DNA of 64,000 nucleotides, taken from assembly GCA_963923955.1 (NCBI GenBank), contig OZ000552.1, forward strand, positions 1,542,061-1,606,060, given 5' to 3'. The notes beneath the pieces were generated by a model. That model saw only the letters and a program-made list of their open reading frames with translations, was not told where the DNA came from and did not search any database. Shown here in pieces: positions 53,201 to 60,977 of this stretch (position 1 is its first letter; every line of letters begins with the position of its first letter). Origin of the DNA: Gammaproteobacteria bacterium (GTDB lineage Bacteria; Pseudomonadota; Gammaproteobacteria; Eutrophobiales; Eutrophobiaceae). The position numbers were made by a program, and so were the translations under genes.

Positions 53201-53655
53201 CCTGAGATGATCTGCATGGGCGAGACTGATTGGAAGGCATCACGCTTTAGCCGCGAGCCGGTCACGATGATCTCTTCCACTGCGTCCTCGTCCTCTTCCA
53301 GCAGTTCGGCGACTTCGGCGGCTTCCTCTTCAGAAAGCGTCTCGGAATCCGCTATATCTTCTTGATTTTGTTGACTATTTTCTGGGGGGGGGGGGGCGGT
53401 ATTTGTCTGCGTTGTGTCAGCTTGCGCAAGCGTTTCCAGGTCTTGGGCAGCGGCTTCTGCGGCGTCTTGGGCGGTGCTTGAGGTGGTGTCCTCATGCGCG
53501 TCCGAGGCGGCCTCTTGTCCGGACTGAGCAGCGTCTCCTTGCGCAGCCGCAGGCAATGAGAAACAGGCCGCCAGTACAAACAAAAATACAACAAGGCCGG
53601 CCCGGCCTTGTCTTTGGTGTGGTGCGAAAACGTGTGGATGTTGAATGATGTTCAT
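50191..53655 (-). CDS. TonB-dependent outer membrane receptor, unusually long, with an acidic low-complexity N-terminal extension
   Basis: 1154 aa with signal peptide, ~90-aa D/E/A/Q-rich segment (containing PPPP), plug (IIVTGSRLKRDAFQSVSPMQIISGD), a large barrel and C-terminal aromatic ...TLIAEF. AGGGGAG ribosome-binding site. Confidence 0.85.
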   Translation of the reverse strand: MNIIQHPHVFAPHQRQGRAGLVVFLFVLAACFSLPAAAQGDAAQSGQEAASDAHEDTTSSTAQDAAEAAAQDLETLAQADTTQTNTAPPPPENSQQNQEDIADSETLSEEEAAEVAELLEEDEDAVEEIIVTGSRLKRDAFQSVSPMQIISGDLSREAGLFDTTEILQSTAQVNSLQVNNSFNTFVLDNGLGATTIGYRGLGARRTLVLINGRRLGAAGVGAAPSSADLNLIPAVLIDRVENLFDGASSVYGSDAVAGVANIILRSDVDGIEFRVSGAHPETGGGKEHTFTVLTGKTGDNWNFTAALEHHKETTYRFGDSKFFNACDEYRYEDENGNLLTRYRGLAPGTTESNCRLDTVNRALIRDGIFGNVWSTPGETNIGIPGWSETVIGDRLAPFAPAGTVTQIDINGDGELDDSFLVDPDQNGRSEIDLQSGFYNYAVSERAQRATLFAGLKRVSAYGLGSYNFEDANNTEAYFEGMYVRRESSSFSPGPILFPDVPPTNPFNITNPAGLGVNSLNFFNVDFGAFEVTPLVPVRGDRDFDQATIEQYRLVGGVRGNIGFLDDFLEGNWSYDAYINYSRAEGKQWESGVNGDRLALSLETTIEDPNNPGSYICGEDADGDGVPDGTDGCVPVNMFAPSLYQAGGGAFASQAEADYLFAESRFNTTIEQTILSGVVQGDVFTLPNGSAVPLLLGYEFRRDSIDSIPNDIAANGTLFARFSDRGAVGTRYLHELFGETSLELFKDAPYAEEVVVDLSGRVTDDDNFKPNWTYSGKLLYRPVSWFTLRGTYGTSYRAPNARERFLIGTSGFLSVTDPCVVPAGARESENVRIPNAPERYTPDTDRRSERLLNICRAQGLDPTSLGLETGAGDGFLNRTSVEVIRSGAENLAPETSTSYTFGFVAEQPFTDKFDLKFSASYFDIDIKQGIVTPSVSFIFADCYANPDLPQGTLSGFCGRIIRDTDNSLKDVDASYLNASEQRSRGVDLDLNYIQDFELGDERLRVEVDMNATWAREQFLQLLGTSDNDVGEPSSPRWRADARLIMAYREFRFNWFTRWIKGGQLHEDEFVEDDVPCDGLPVSCRPIYYTTNYAVHNTGLAYRWRNYVLNVGVRNVFNTKPPEVDDDGVFGYKNVPLGVGHDLIGRTFFGTLIAEF
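53384..53396. repeat. homopolymeric G13 (C13 on the coding strand) tract inside the TonB-dependent receptor ORF
   Basis: tctggggggggggggcggt. Encodes TAPPPPEN at about residues 87-91 of the receptor. Confidence 0.9.
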
Positions 53656-53836
53656 TACTCTCCCCTTATGATGGTTAAATGTAATTTGTTGGTTTTCGGA
53701 TTGATTTTGTCGTGTTTAAGACGAATTTGAGATAGGAATGTAGCCAGTGGCAAATGAAATTGCAAGTTTTTTTCGTGGGCAACAAAGTCAAGCGAAGCGC
53801 AGGCCGACAGTGGTGAAATAGCAACAGTTTTTTGAT

Positions 53837-53845
53837 GGGGGGGGG
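53837..53845. promoter_or_regulatory. G9 homopolymer followed by GGGAGG-rich repeats, ~185 bp upstream of the TonB-dependent receptor start
   Basis: gatgggggggggtggcgggagggctgggaggattgggagggctg. Confidence 0.4.
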
Positions 53846-53898
53846 TGGCGGGAGGGCTGGGAGGATTGGGAGGGCTGCGAGGGTGCCATCGGCGACTT

Positions 53899-54280
53899 CC
53901 GTCATTCCTGCGCAAGAACGTCACCCCTGCCTTACGAGCAGGGGCAGGAATCTATAGGGCCAACAAAAACCTCTGGATTCCCGTCCCTGCTTTCGCGGGG
54001 ACATGCTTTCACGGGAATGACGGGTAATTGTCATGACTTCCCCAGCCTCTCTTCCGTCATTCCTGCGCCTGCCGGTAGGTGCTATGGGCGTCTTTCGGCA
54101 TTCCTGGCTTGACCAGGAATCCATTCAATAATTTTGTCGGAGCCTAAATAGATTCCTGCCCTCGTTTCTACTAGATTCCTTCTTCCGCAGGAATGACGGT
54201 GGGTGCACGAAAGCCGGGCAGATTCCGACCCCGGTTGCCATCCCCGTTTCCACGGGGACGTGCTTATACGGGAATGACGT
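53899..54280. repeat. palindromic repeat cluster between the TonB-dependent receptor and folE2
   Basis: D-type, B-type (ccccgtttccacgggga), dRS3-like ggattcccgtccctgc..., gtcattcctgcgcctgc... Confidence 0.8.
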
Positions 54281-54292
54281 TTTCCCCCTGCT

Positions 54293-55111
54293 CTATCCCT
54301 CCCCCGCTTCCTTGTCATGTGCCAGCATGGCGTAGGCGGAGTGGTTATGGATGGACTCGAAGTTCTCGGATTCAATGGTGTAGGCGCCGATGCGCTCGTC
54401 CTGGTTGAACTGGATGGCCACGTCCCGGACGATGTCTTCCACAAACTTCGGGTTGTCATAGGCGCGCTCGGTGACGTATTTCTCGTCCGGGCGTTTCAAC
54501 AGGCCATATAACTCGCACGAGGCCACTTTTTCCACTGTCTCAATGATCTCCTCCAGCCAGATAAAGCCGCGGGTGCGGACGGTGACGGTGACATGGGAGC
54601 GTTGGTTGTGCGCGCCGCGCTCGGAGATCTTTTTGGAACAGGGACACAGGCTGGTAACCGGCACGATGATCTTGACGATGACCTCCGGCCCGGCATCGGA
54701 AATCTCGCCGATGAATGAGACCTCATAGTCCAGCAGGCTCTTAACACCCGACACCGGCGCCGCCTTGTTGATGAAATAGGGGAAGCGCATTTCAACATGG
54801 CCGGCCCGGGCATCGAGTGTGCGCGTCATCTCCTCGATCATGCTCTTGAAAGAGTCGATGCTGATCTCGAAATCCTTGTTGTTTAAGATCTCGACAAAGC
54901 GTGACATGTGGGTGCCCTTGAAGTTATGCGGCAGGCTGACGTACATGTTGAAATTGGCCACCGTGTGTTGCTCACGCCCGGAGCGGTCGCTGACCACAAC
55001 GGGGTGCCGAATATCCTTGATCCCCACGCGGTCAATCGGGATCTGGCGAGTATCCGGGCTACTCTGTATGTCGGGGATGCTAGTTGTAATAACCGCTGCT
55101 GCTTGAGTCAT
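54293..55111 (-). CDS. folE2: GTP cyclohydrolase FolE2/MptA family
   Basis: 272 aa; [14 protein letters not shown] and the C-terminal region match the GTP cyclohydrolase I type 2 (DUF198) family. Confidence 0.8.
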   Translation of the reverse strand: MTQAAAVITTSIPDIQSSPDTRQIPIDRVGIKDIRHPVVVSDRSGREQHTVANFNMYVSLPHNFKGTHMSRFVEILNNKDFEISIDSFKSMIEEMTRTLDARAGHVEMRFPYFINKAAPVSGVKSLLDYEVSFIGEISDAGPEVIVKIIVPVTSLCPCSKKISERGAHNQRSHVTVTVRTRGFIWLEEIIETVEKVASCELYGLLKRPDEKYVTERAYDNPKFVEDIVRDVAIQFNQDERIGAYTIESENFESIHNHSAYAMLAHDKEAGEG

Positions 55112-55265
55112 CTGTATAAAACCTTCGTTTCTATAAAAGTTCGCCGCTATTTCTTAGGCTTGAGCGTTCAATAATGCAAAAAACCAGGGACAAGGGCAAG
55201 CCAGTTTGCGCTGCTGATCACGTTGTGGGGTCCGCACAAGTAAGGCAGGAAGCCGACCCGCTGGT

Positions 55266-56162
55266 TCATTTTTCTCGCCTAACGATATAGCCTGCTATCT
55301 GGCGCAGCATATCGGCAGCGCTGGAAAAATCACGCAGGCAGGCGATGGCCTCATCATGCAGCGCTTGTGCCGCTTCTCTGGCGCCATCAATGCCTAAGAG
55401 ATTAGGGTAAGTCGGCTTGTTCCTGGCCATATCCGCACCTTGGGCCTTGCCCAGTGTGGCGGTGTCGCTCTGTATGTCGAGAATGTCATCCTGGATCTGG
55501 AAGGCCAGGCCGATACATTCTGCATAGCGAGACAATAATCTAAGTTGTCTGTCTTCGATTGCCTGGCAGCTAAGGCCGCCCAGTTCGACGCTGGCGCGAA
55601 TGAGCGCGCCGGTCTTGTGCTGGTGCATGTTTTCCAACTCCGCGAGTTGTAGCGCCTGTCCCACGGCGGCCAGATCAATGGCCTGTCCGCCGGCCATGCC
55701 TAAGGAGCCGCTGGCCTTGGCGAGGGTATCGATCATCCGCAGGCGTTGTTCCGCCGAGACGGAAATTTGCGGGTCATGGGCCAGTACATGAAAGGCCAGC
55801 GCCTGCAAGGCATCGCCGGCCAGGATCGCCGTGGCCTCATCATAGGCGCGGTGGCAGGTGGGCCGGCCGCGGCGCAGGTCATCATCATCCATGGCGGGAA
55901 GATCATCATGGATGAGCGAATAGACATGGATCATCTCCACCGCACAGGCAGGGCCGTCCAGCGCATGGGGCTTAACGCCTAAGGACTCACCGGTGGCATA
56001 GACCAGCATCGGGCGGATGCGCTTGCCGGGGGCCAAGACGGAATAGCGGATCGACTCATGCAGGCGCTGTGGCTGTTGCGCAGCCGTCGGCAACCAGTGC
56101 TCAAGGGCGGCGACCACCCTGGACTGGTAGCCCGCCAGGCGTTCATGAAAGGAATTATTCAT
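55266..56162 (-). CDS. ispA: (2E,6E)-farnesyl diphosphate synthase
   Basis: ORF 55266..56204 with DDLPAMDDDDLRRG (first Asp-rich motif) and DDILD (second). Adjacent to xseB. Confidence 0.85.
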   Translation of the reverse strand: MNNSFHERLAGYQSRVVAALEHWLPTAAQQPQRLHESIRYSVLAPGKRIRPMLVYATGESLGVKPHALDGPACAVEMIHVYSLIHDDLPAMDDDDLRRGRPTCHRAYDEATAILAGDALQALAFHVLAHDPQISVSAEQRLRMIDTLAKASGSLGMAGGQAIDLAAVGQALQLAELENMHQHKTGALIRASVELGGLSCQAIEDRQLRLLSRYAECIGLAFQIQDDILDIQSDTATLGKAQGADMARNKPTYPNLLGIDGAREAAQALHDEAIACLRDFSSAADMLRQIAGYIVRREK

Positions 56163-56424
56163 CCTTGCCTGAGGAAAAATCCTCCAACGCAGCCTTGCCG
56201 TCATCCTGCAGCAAGATCTGCACCTTCTGCTCGGCCCGGGACAAGGCCTCCTGGCAGGCGCGGGTCAGCGCGATGCCGCGTTCAAATGTTTTCAGTGAAT
56301 CTTCAAGACTGACATCACCGCCCTCCATCTTCTCAACCAACTGTTCCAACTCTTTTAAGGCGCTCTCAAAATCAAAATTATCACTTTCTCTCGGCACCGG
56401 GACTCTCCTTTCAAGATCATGCAC
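56155..56424 (-). CDS. xseB: exodeoxyribonuclease VII small subunit
   Basis: 89 aa with FESALKELEQLVEKMEGGDVSLEDSLKTFERGIAL. Confidence 0.85.
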   Translation of the reverse strand: MHDLERRVPVPRESDNFDFESALKELEQLVEKMEGGDVSLEDSLKTFERGIALTRACQEALSRAEQKVQILLQDDGKAALEDFSSGKDE

Positions 56425-56628
56425 GGGCGCATCTTAGCAGCATCTTTAAGCGCTGCCATATTGATATATAGCCAAAACCTATTGTCTCTATTGGAAAATA
56501 CAATCAGCAGGCGAGCGTGATGAGATTGACAGCCTGCCGGGCCTTGAGTACAGTTCTTGGGCGATTTAATAGTAAGGCTGTACTAATTATTCATTCATCA
56601 AGACAAATACGTTTGAGGAGAAATTAAC

Positions 56629-57048
56629 ATGGGCTTGAAAGGCACCAAGACCGAAGAAAACTTAAAGGCCGCCTTTGCCGGCGAATCGCAGGCAAACAGG
56701 CGTTATCTGTATTTTGCACAAAAGGCCGATGTGGAAGGCTATAACGATGTCTCGGCCGTGTTTCGTTCCACCGCAGAAGGTGAGACCGGCCATGCGCACG
56801 GGCATCTGGAATACTTGGAAGAAGTGGGCGACCCGGCCACCGGCGAGCCAATCGGCACCACCGAGCAGAACCTAAAGGCTGCCATCGCCGGCGAGACGCA
56901 CGAATACACGGATATGTATCCGGGCATGGCGAAATCCGCCCGCGAGGAGGGCTTTGAGGAAATAGCCGACTGGATGGAGACGCTGGCAAAGGCCGAGCGC
57001 TCTCATGCCAATCGCTTCCAGAAGGCGCTGGATGGCCTGGACGCCTAA
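56629..57048 (+). CDS. rubrerythrin-family ferritin-like diiron protein (no rubredoxin domain)
   Basis: 139 aa with two E...ExxH half-sites (EGETGHAHGH, AGETHEYTDMY) and NLKAAFAGESQANRRY. Confidence 0.8.
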   Translation: MGLKGTKTEENLKAAFAGESQANRRYLYFAQKADVEGYNDVSAVFRSTAEGETGHAHGHLEYLEEVGDPATGEPIGTTEQNLKAAIAGETHEYTDMYPGMAKSAREEGFEEIADWMETLAKAERSHANRFQKALDGLDA

Positions 57049-57072
57049 GACGCCGGGCAATCAACAACACCG

Positions 57073-57093
57073 GAACCGGGCGCTGCCCGGTTC
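57073..57093 (+). terminator. possible intra-operon hairpin (attenuator/partial terminator) after the rubrerythrin gene
   Basis: gaaccgggc-gct-gcccggttc, a 9-bp stem, followed by tctcgttta. Confidence 0.3.
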
Positions 57094-57127
57094 TCTCGTT
57101 TATGGCCTTTGGCAATAGAGTGAATCC

Positions 57128-58465
57128 ATGAGCAGCGAATATCGAGAGGGCAGCCTGGAGGCGCCCACGCGCCATCCAATCCACTGGCGGGAGCCGGATT
57201 TTTATGATGAGGCAAGCCTCAACCGGGAACTGGAGCGGGTGTTTGACATCTGCCACGGCTGCCGGCGCTGCGTCAACCTGTGCAACGCCTTTCCTACCTT
57301 ATTCGATCTGATCGATGCATCAGAGACCCTGGAAGTAGATGGTGTTGCAAAGGAGGACTATGGCGAGGTGGTCGATCATTGCTACCTGTGCGATCTGTGT
57401 TACCTGACGAAATGCCCCTATGTGCCGCCGCATGAATGGAATGTTGATTTCCCGCATCTCATGCTGCGGGCCAAGGCGGTCAAACACAAGCAGGGCAAGA
57501 GTTCTCTGCGGGATAAGCTGCTGACCTCAACCGATCTGGTCGGGAAGCTGGCCGGTATTCCGGTGGTCGCCGAAGTCGTGAATGCGGCGAATAAAAATAA
57601 AATAGCCAGAGGGCTGATGGACAAGGCGCTGGGGGTGCATCCGGATGCCATCGTGCCGGAGTATCACAGCAAGACCCTGCGCAAGCGCCTGGCCGGGCAT
57701 GAGAGCAAAAATACAAAAATAGAGCCGACAGGGCAGACAACAGGCAAGGTCGCGCTGTTTGCGACTTGTTACGGCAACCGCAATGCGCCGCAGTTCACCG
57801 AAGACATGCTCGCCGTGCTTGAACACAACGGCATTGCGGTTAAGCTGGTGGAAAAGGAACAGTGCTGCGGCATGCCGAAGATGGAGCTTGGGGACCTTGA
57901 GACGGTAGAGAAATTGATGCAGGCCAATATTCCCCCGCTGCTTGGGCTGGTTGAGCAGGGCTGGGACCTGGTGGCGCCGATCCCCTCCTGTGTGCTGATG
58001 TTCAAACAGGAACTGCCCCTGTTGTTCCCGGATAACGCGGATGTACAAAGGGTGCAGGAGGCCTTTTTCGACCCCTTTGAATATCTGATGTTGCGCCACA
58101 AGGCGGGGAAATTAAAGACGGTTTTCCAGCACTCACTAGGCAAGGTGGCCTACCATGTCCCCTGTCATCAACGGGTGCAGCAGGTGGGCTTGAAGACAAA
58201 AGAGATCCTGGCCCTGGTGCCGGATACCCGTGTCGAAGTAATAGAGCGTTGTTCCGGCCATGACGGCACCTATGCGGTGAAGAGTGAGTTTCATGCCGTC
58301 TCCGTGAAGATCTGCAGGCCGGTTGTCAAGCGGGTGCAGCAGGCGGAAGCCGATCACTACATCAGCGATTGTCCGATGGCCGGCTCGCAAATACAAAACG
58401 GGATGCAGGATGGGAGCAAGGCCACATCGCCCTTCACCCTCCTGCGTTACGCCTACGGCATTTAG
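57128..58465 (+). CDS. (Fe-S)-binding protein with two 4Fe-4S ferredoxin motifs and two CCG domains (HdrD/GlcF/GlpC-like)
   Basis: 445 aa with CHGCRRCVNLCNAFP and CYLCDLCYLTKCPYVPP, then CCG-type repeats (CCG...C, PCHQ). Confidence 0.75.
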   Translation: MSSEYREGSLEAPTRHPIHWREPDFYDEASLNRELERVFDICHGCRRCVNLCNAFPTLFDLIDASETLEVDGVAKEDYGEVVDHCYLCDLCYLTKCPYVPPHEWNVDFPHLMLRAKAVKHKQGKSSLRDKLLTSTDLVGKLAGIPVVAEVVNAANKNKIARGLMDKALGVHPDAIVPEYHSKTLRKRLAGHESKNTKIEPTGQTTGKVALFATCYGNRNAPQFTEDMLAVLEHNGIAVKLVEKEQCCGMPKMELGDLETVEKLMQANIPPLLGLVEQGWDLVAPIPSCVLMFKQELPLLFPDNADVQRVQEAFFDPFEYLMLRHKAGKLKTVFQHSLGKVAYHVPCHQRVQQVGLKTKEILALVPDTRVEVIERCSGHDGTYAVKSEFHAVSVKICRPVVKRVQQAEADHYISDCPMAGSQIQNGMQDGSKATSPFTLLRYAYGI

Positions 58466-58477
58466 GAGAAATTTACC

Positions 58478-59062
58478 GTGCAAAAACTAACACGCGCTGA
58501 CCTGTTCAGCCTGGAGCAATACGCCGCGCGGCGTGCCGCATTTCGGCGGCAGGTGATGGCGCATAAAAAACCGCGGCGCCTCGCCATAGGCCCGCATGCC
58601 ACCTTGTATTTTGAAGACAGATTAACCATTCATTATCAGATCCAGGAAATGCTGCGCATAGAAAAGGTCTTTGAGTCCGACGGCATTGAGGAAGAGCTTA
58701 AGGCCTACAATCCCTTAATTCCTGACGGGCAGAACTGGAAGGCCACCTTCATGCTTGAGTATGATAAGCCTGAAGAGAGACAGCGGCAGTTGGCAAGGCT
58801 CAAAGGGATTGAAGCCGATGTCTGGCTGAAAGTTGCGGAGCATCCGGCGATCAGGCCGGTCGCCGATGAAGATCTGGAGCGGGAAAACGAGGAGAAGACC
58901 TCTGCGGTGCACTTTATGCGCTTTGAATTATCAGACGATGACATCAAGGCGCTGCGGACCGGAGCAAGGTTGAGCGCCGGCATCCGCCATGCGGCCTATG
59001 ATTACACGGTTGACCCCATCCCCGCCGAGACGCATGCTTCCCTGCTGAATGACCTGGATTAG
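58478..59062 (+). CDS. DUF3501 family protein
   Basis: 194 aa; family assignment is from recall of the conserved ~190-aa DUF3501 proteins that accompany rubrerythrin/CCG Fe-S genes. Confidence 0.6.
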   Translation: MQKLTRADLFSLEQYAARRAAFRRQVMAHKKPRRLAIGPHATLYFEDRLTIHYQIQEMLRIEKVFESDGIEEELKAYNPLIPDGQNWKATFMLEYDKPEERQRQLARLKGIEADVWLKVAEHPAIRPVADEDLERENEEKTSAVHFMRFELSDDDIKALRTGARLSAGIRHAAYDYTVDPIPAETHASLLNDLD

Positions 59063-59079
59063 TATCGCCTCCCGATTAC

Positions 59080-60975
59080 ATGAGTAATCAATACGATGCG
59101 GCCGATATAGAGGTATTGACCGGCCTTGAACCCGTGCGCAGGCGCCCGGGCATGTACACCGATACCACCCGCCCCAATCACCTGGTGCAGGAAGTGCTCG
59201 ATAACAGCGTCGATGAGGCCCTGGCCGGCCATGCCGCTAAAATAGCCGTGCAGCTGCACAAGGACGGCTCGGTGACAGTAAGCGATGACGGGCGCGGCAT
59301 GCCCGTAGATAGTCACCCGGGGGAGAAGATATCAGGCGTGGAGGTGATCTTAACCTGCCTGCACTCAGGCGGGAAATTTTCCAACAAAAACTATCAATTC
59401 TCCGGCGGCCTGCACGGCGTGGGTGTGTCGGTGGTGAATGCCCTGTCTAAAAACCTGGAGGTCTGGGTCAAGCGCAACGGCAAGGAATACAATATGTCCT
59501 TTGCCAACGGCGAGCGCCGATCAGCACTGGAAGTCGTTGGCGAGGTAGGCAAGCGCAACACCGGCACCACGCTGCGCTTTTGGCCGGATGCAAAATACTT
59601 TGACAGCACCCGAATATCCTCGCCAAGACTAAAACATCTGCTGCGCGCCAAGGCGGTGCTGTGTCCGGGATTGACAGTCAGGCTAAGTGATGAGATCGCC
59701 GGCGAGAAAGAAGAATGGCACTACGAAGAGGGCATCAGCACCTATTTATCCGCTGCCTTGGCCGGCGCTGAATTATTGCCCCGGGAGGCCTTCATCGGCT
59801 CCATGCAGGGCAAGCATGAAGCGGTGGATTGGGCGGTGCACTGGTTGCCGGAAGATGGCGAGTTGATCACCGAGAGCTATGTCAATCTGGTGCCGACAAT
59901 CCAGGGCGGCACCCATGTCAACGGCCTGCGGCAGGGGCTGCTGGAGGCATTTAGAGAATTTTGTGCTTCCCGTAACCTATTGCCCAGGGGCGTCAAGCTC
60001 TCGGCAGAAGATGTCTGGGAGCGTTGTGCTTATTTGTTATCGGTCAAGATGGATGAGCCGCAGTTTGCCGGCCAGACCAAAGAGCGTCTTTCCTCACGAG
60101 AGTGCACCACCTTTGTCTCCGGCGTGGTGCACGACAAACTGAGCCAGTGGCTGCACCAGCATGTGGAGATGGGCGAGAAGATTGCAGAACTCGCCATCCG
60201 TCATGCCCAGAAGCGCCTGGCCGCCCGCAAAAACATCGTGCGCAAAAAAATCACCGGCGGCCCGGCACTGCCCGGCAAATTGGCCGATTGCAGCCTGCAA
60301 GATGCAAGCACCGGCGAGTTATTTCTGGTCGAGGGTGACTCCGCCGGCGGTTCCGCCAAACAGGCGCGGGATCGGGAATACCAGGCGGTCATGCCGCTTA
60401 GGGGCAAGATCTTAAACGCCTGGGAAGTGGCCTCCAGTGAAATTCTGGCCTCCAAGGAAGTGCATGACATCACTGTGGCGCTTGGGGTGGAGCCGGGTTC
60501 TGATAAGCTGTCCGGCCTGCGCTATGGCAAGGTCTGCATCCTGGCCGATGCCGACTCGGACGGGCTGCATATCGCGACATTATTGTGCGCATTGTTCTTG
60601 AAACATTTTCGCGCCCTGGTGGAAAATGGGCATGTGTACGTGGCTATGCCGCCGTTGTACAGGATAGATGTCGGCAAGGAGGTGTTTTATGCCCTGGATG
60701 ATTCTGAAAAACAGGGCGTGTTGGATAGAATTGCAGCGGAGAGGATCCGGGGGAACGTAAATGTACAACGCTTTAAGGGCCTGGGCGAGATGAACCCTTT
60801 GCAACTACGTGAGACAACGATGGCCCGGGAAACCCGCCGCCTGGTGCAGCTGACCCTGCCGGGCAATAACCGCGCCGAGCAAATGATGGATATGTTATTA
60901 GCCAAAAAGCGCGCCCCGGATCGAAGGCAGTGGTTGGAGAAAAAGGGCGACTTGGCCGAGTCAGTGCCATTGTGA
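59080..60975 (+). CDS. parE: DNA topoisomerase IV subunit B
   Basis: 631 aa with GHKL ATPase, TOPRIM (LVEGDSAGGSAKQ) and a ParE-length C-terminus. Topoisomerase IV pairing supported by parC downstream. Confidence 0.85.
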   Translation: MSNQYDAADIEVLTGLEPVRRRPGMYTDTTRPNHLVQEVLDNSVDEALAGHAAKIAVQLHKDGSVTVSDDGRGMPVDSHPGEKISGVEVILTCLHSGGKFSNKNYQFSGGLHGVGVSVVNALSKNLEVWVKRNGKEYNMSFANGERRSALEVVGEVGKRNTGTTLRFWPDAKYFDSTRISSPRLKHLLRAKAVLCPGLTVRLSDEIAGEKEEWHYEEGISTYLSAALAGAELLPREAFIGSMQGKHEAVDWAVHWLPEDGELITESYVNLVPTIQGGTHVNGLRQGLLEAFREFCASRNLLPRGVKLSAEDVWERCAYLLSVKMDEPQFAGQTKERLSSRECTTFVSGVVHDKLSQWLHQHVEMGEKIAELAIRHAQKRLAARKNIVRKKITGGPALPGKLADCSLQDASTGELFLVEGDSAGGSAKQARDREYQAVMPLRGKILNAWEVASSEILASKEVHDITVALGVEPGSDKLSGLRYGKVCILADADSDGLHIATLLCALFLKHFRALVENGHVYVAMPPLYRIDVGKEVFYALDDSEKQGVLDRIAAERIRGNVNVQRFKGLGEMNPLQLRETTMARETRRLVQLTLPGNNRAEQMMDMLLAKKRAPDRRQWLEKKGDLAESVPL

Positions 60976-60977
60976 TT

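Noticed and set aside
53656-53880. Cobalamin riboswitch or Fur box upstream of the TonB-dependent receptor
   Set aside because: CCACTG-like motifs occur (ttcaCCACTGtcgg on the receptor strand), but I could not assemble the full B12-box/GGTG-AATCC consensus or a 19-bp Fur palindrome. Left unresolved; needs an Rfam covariance scan.
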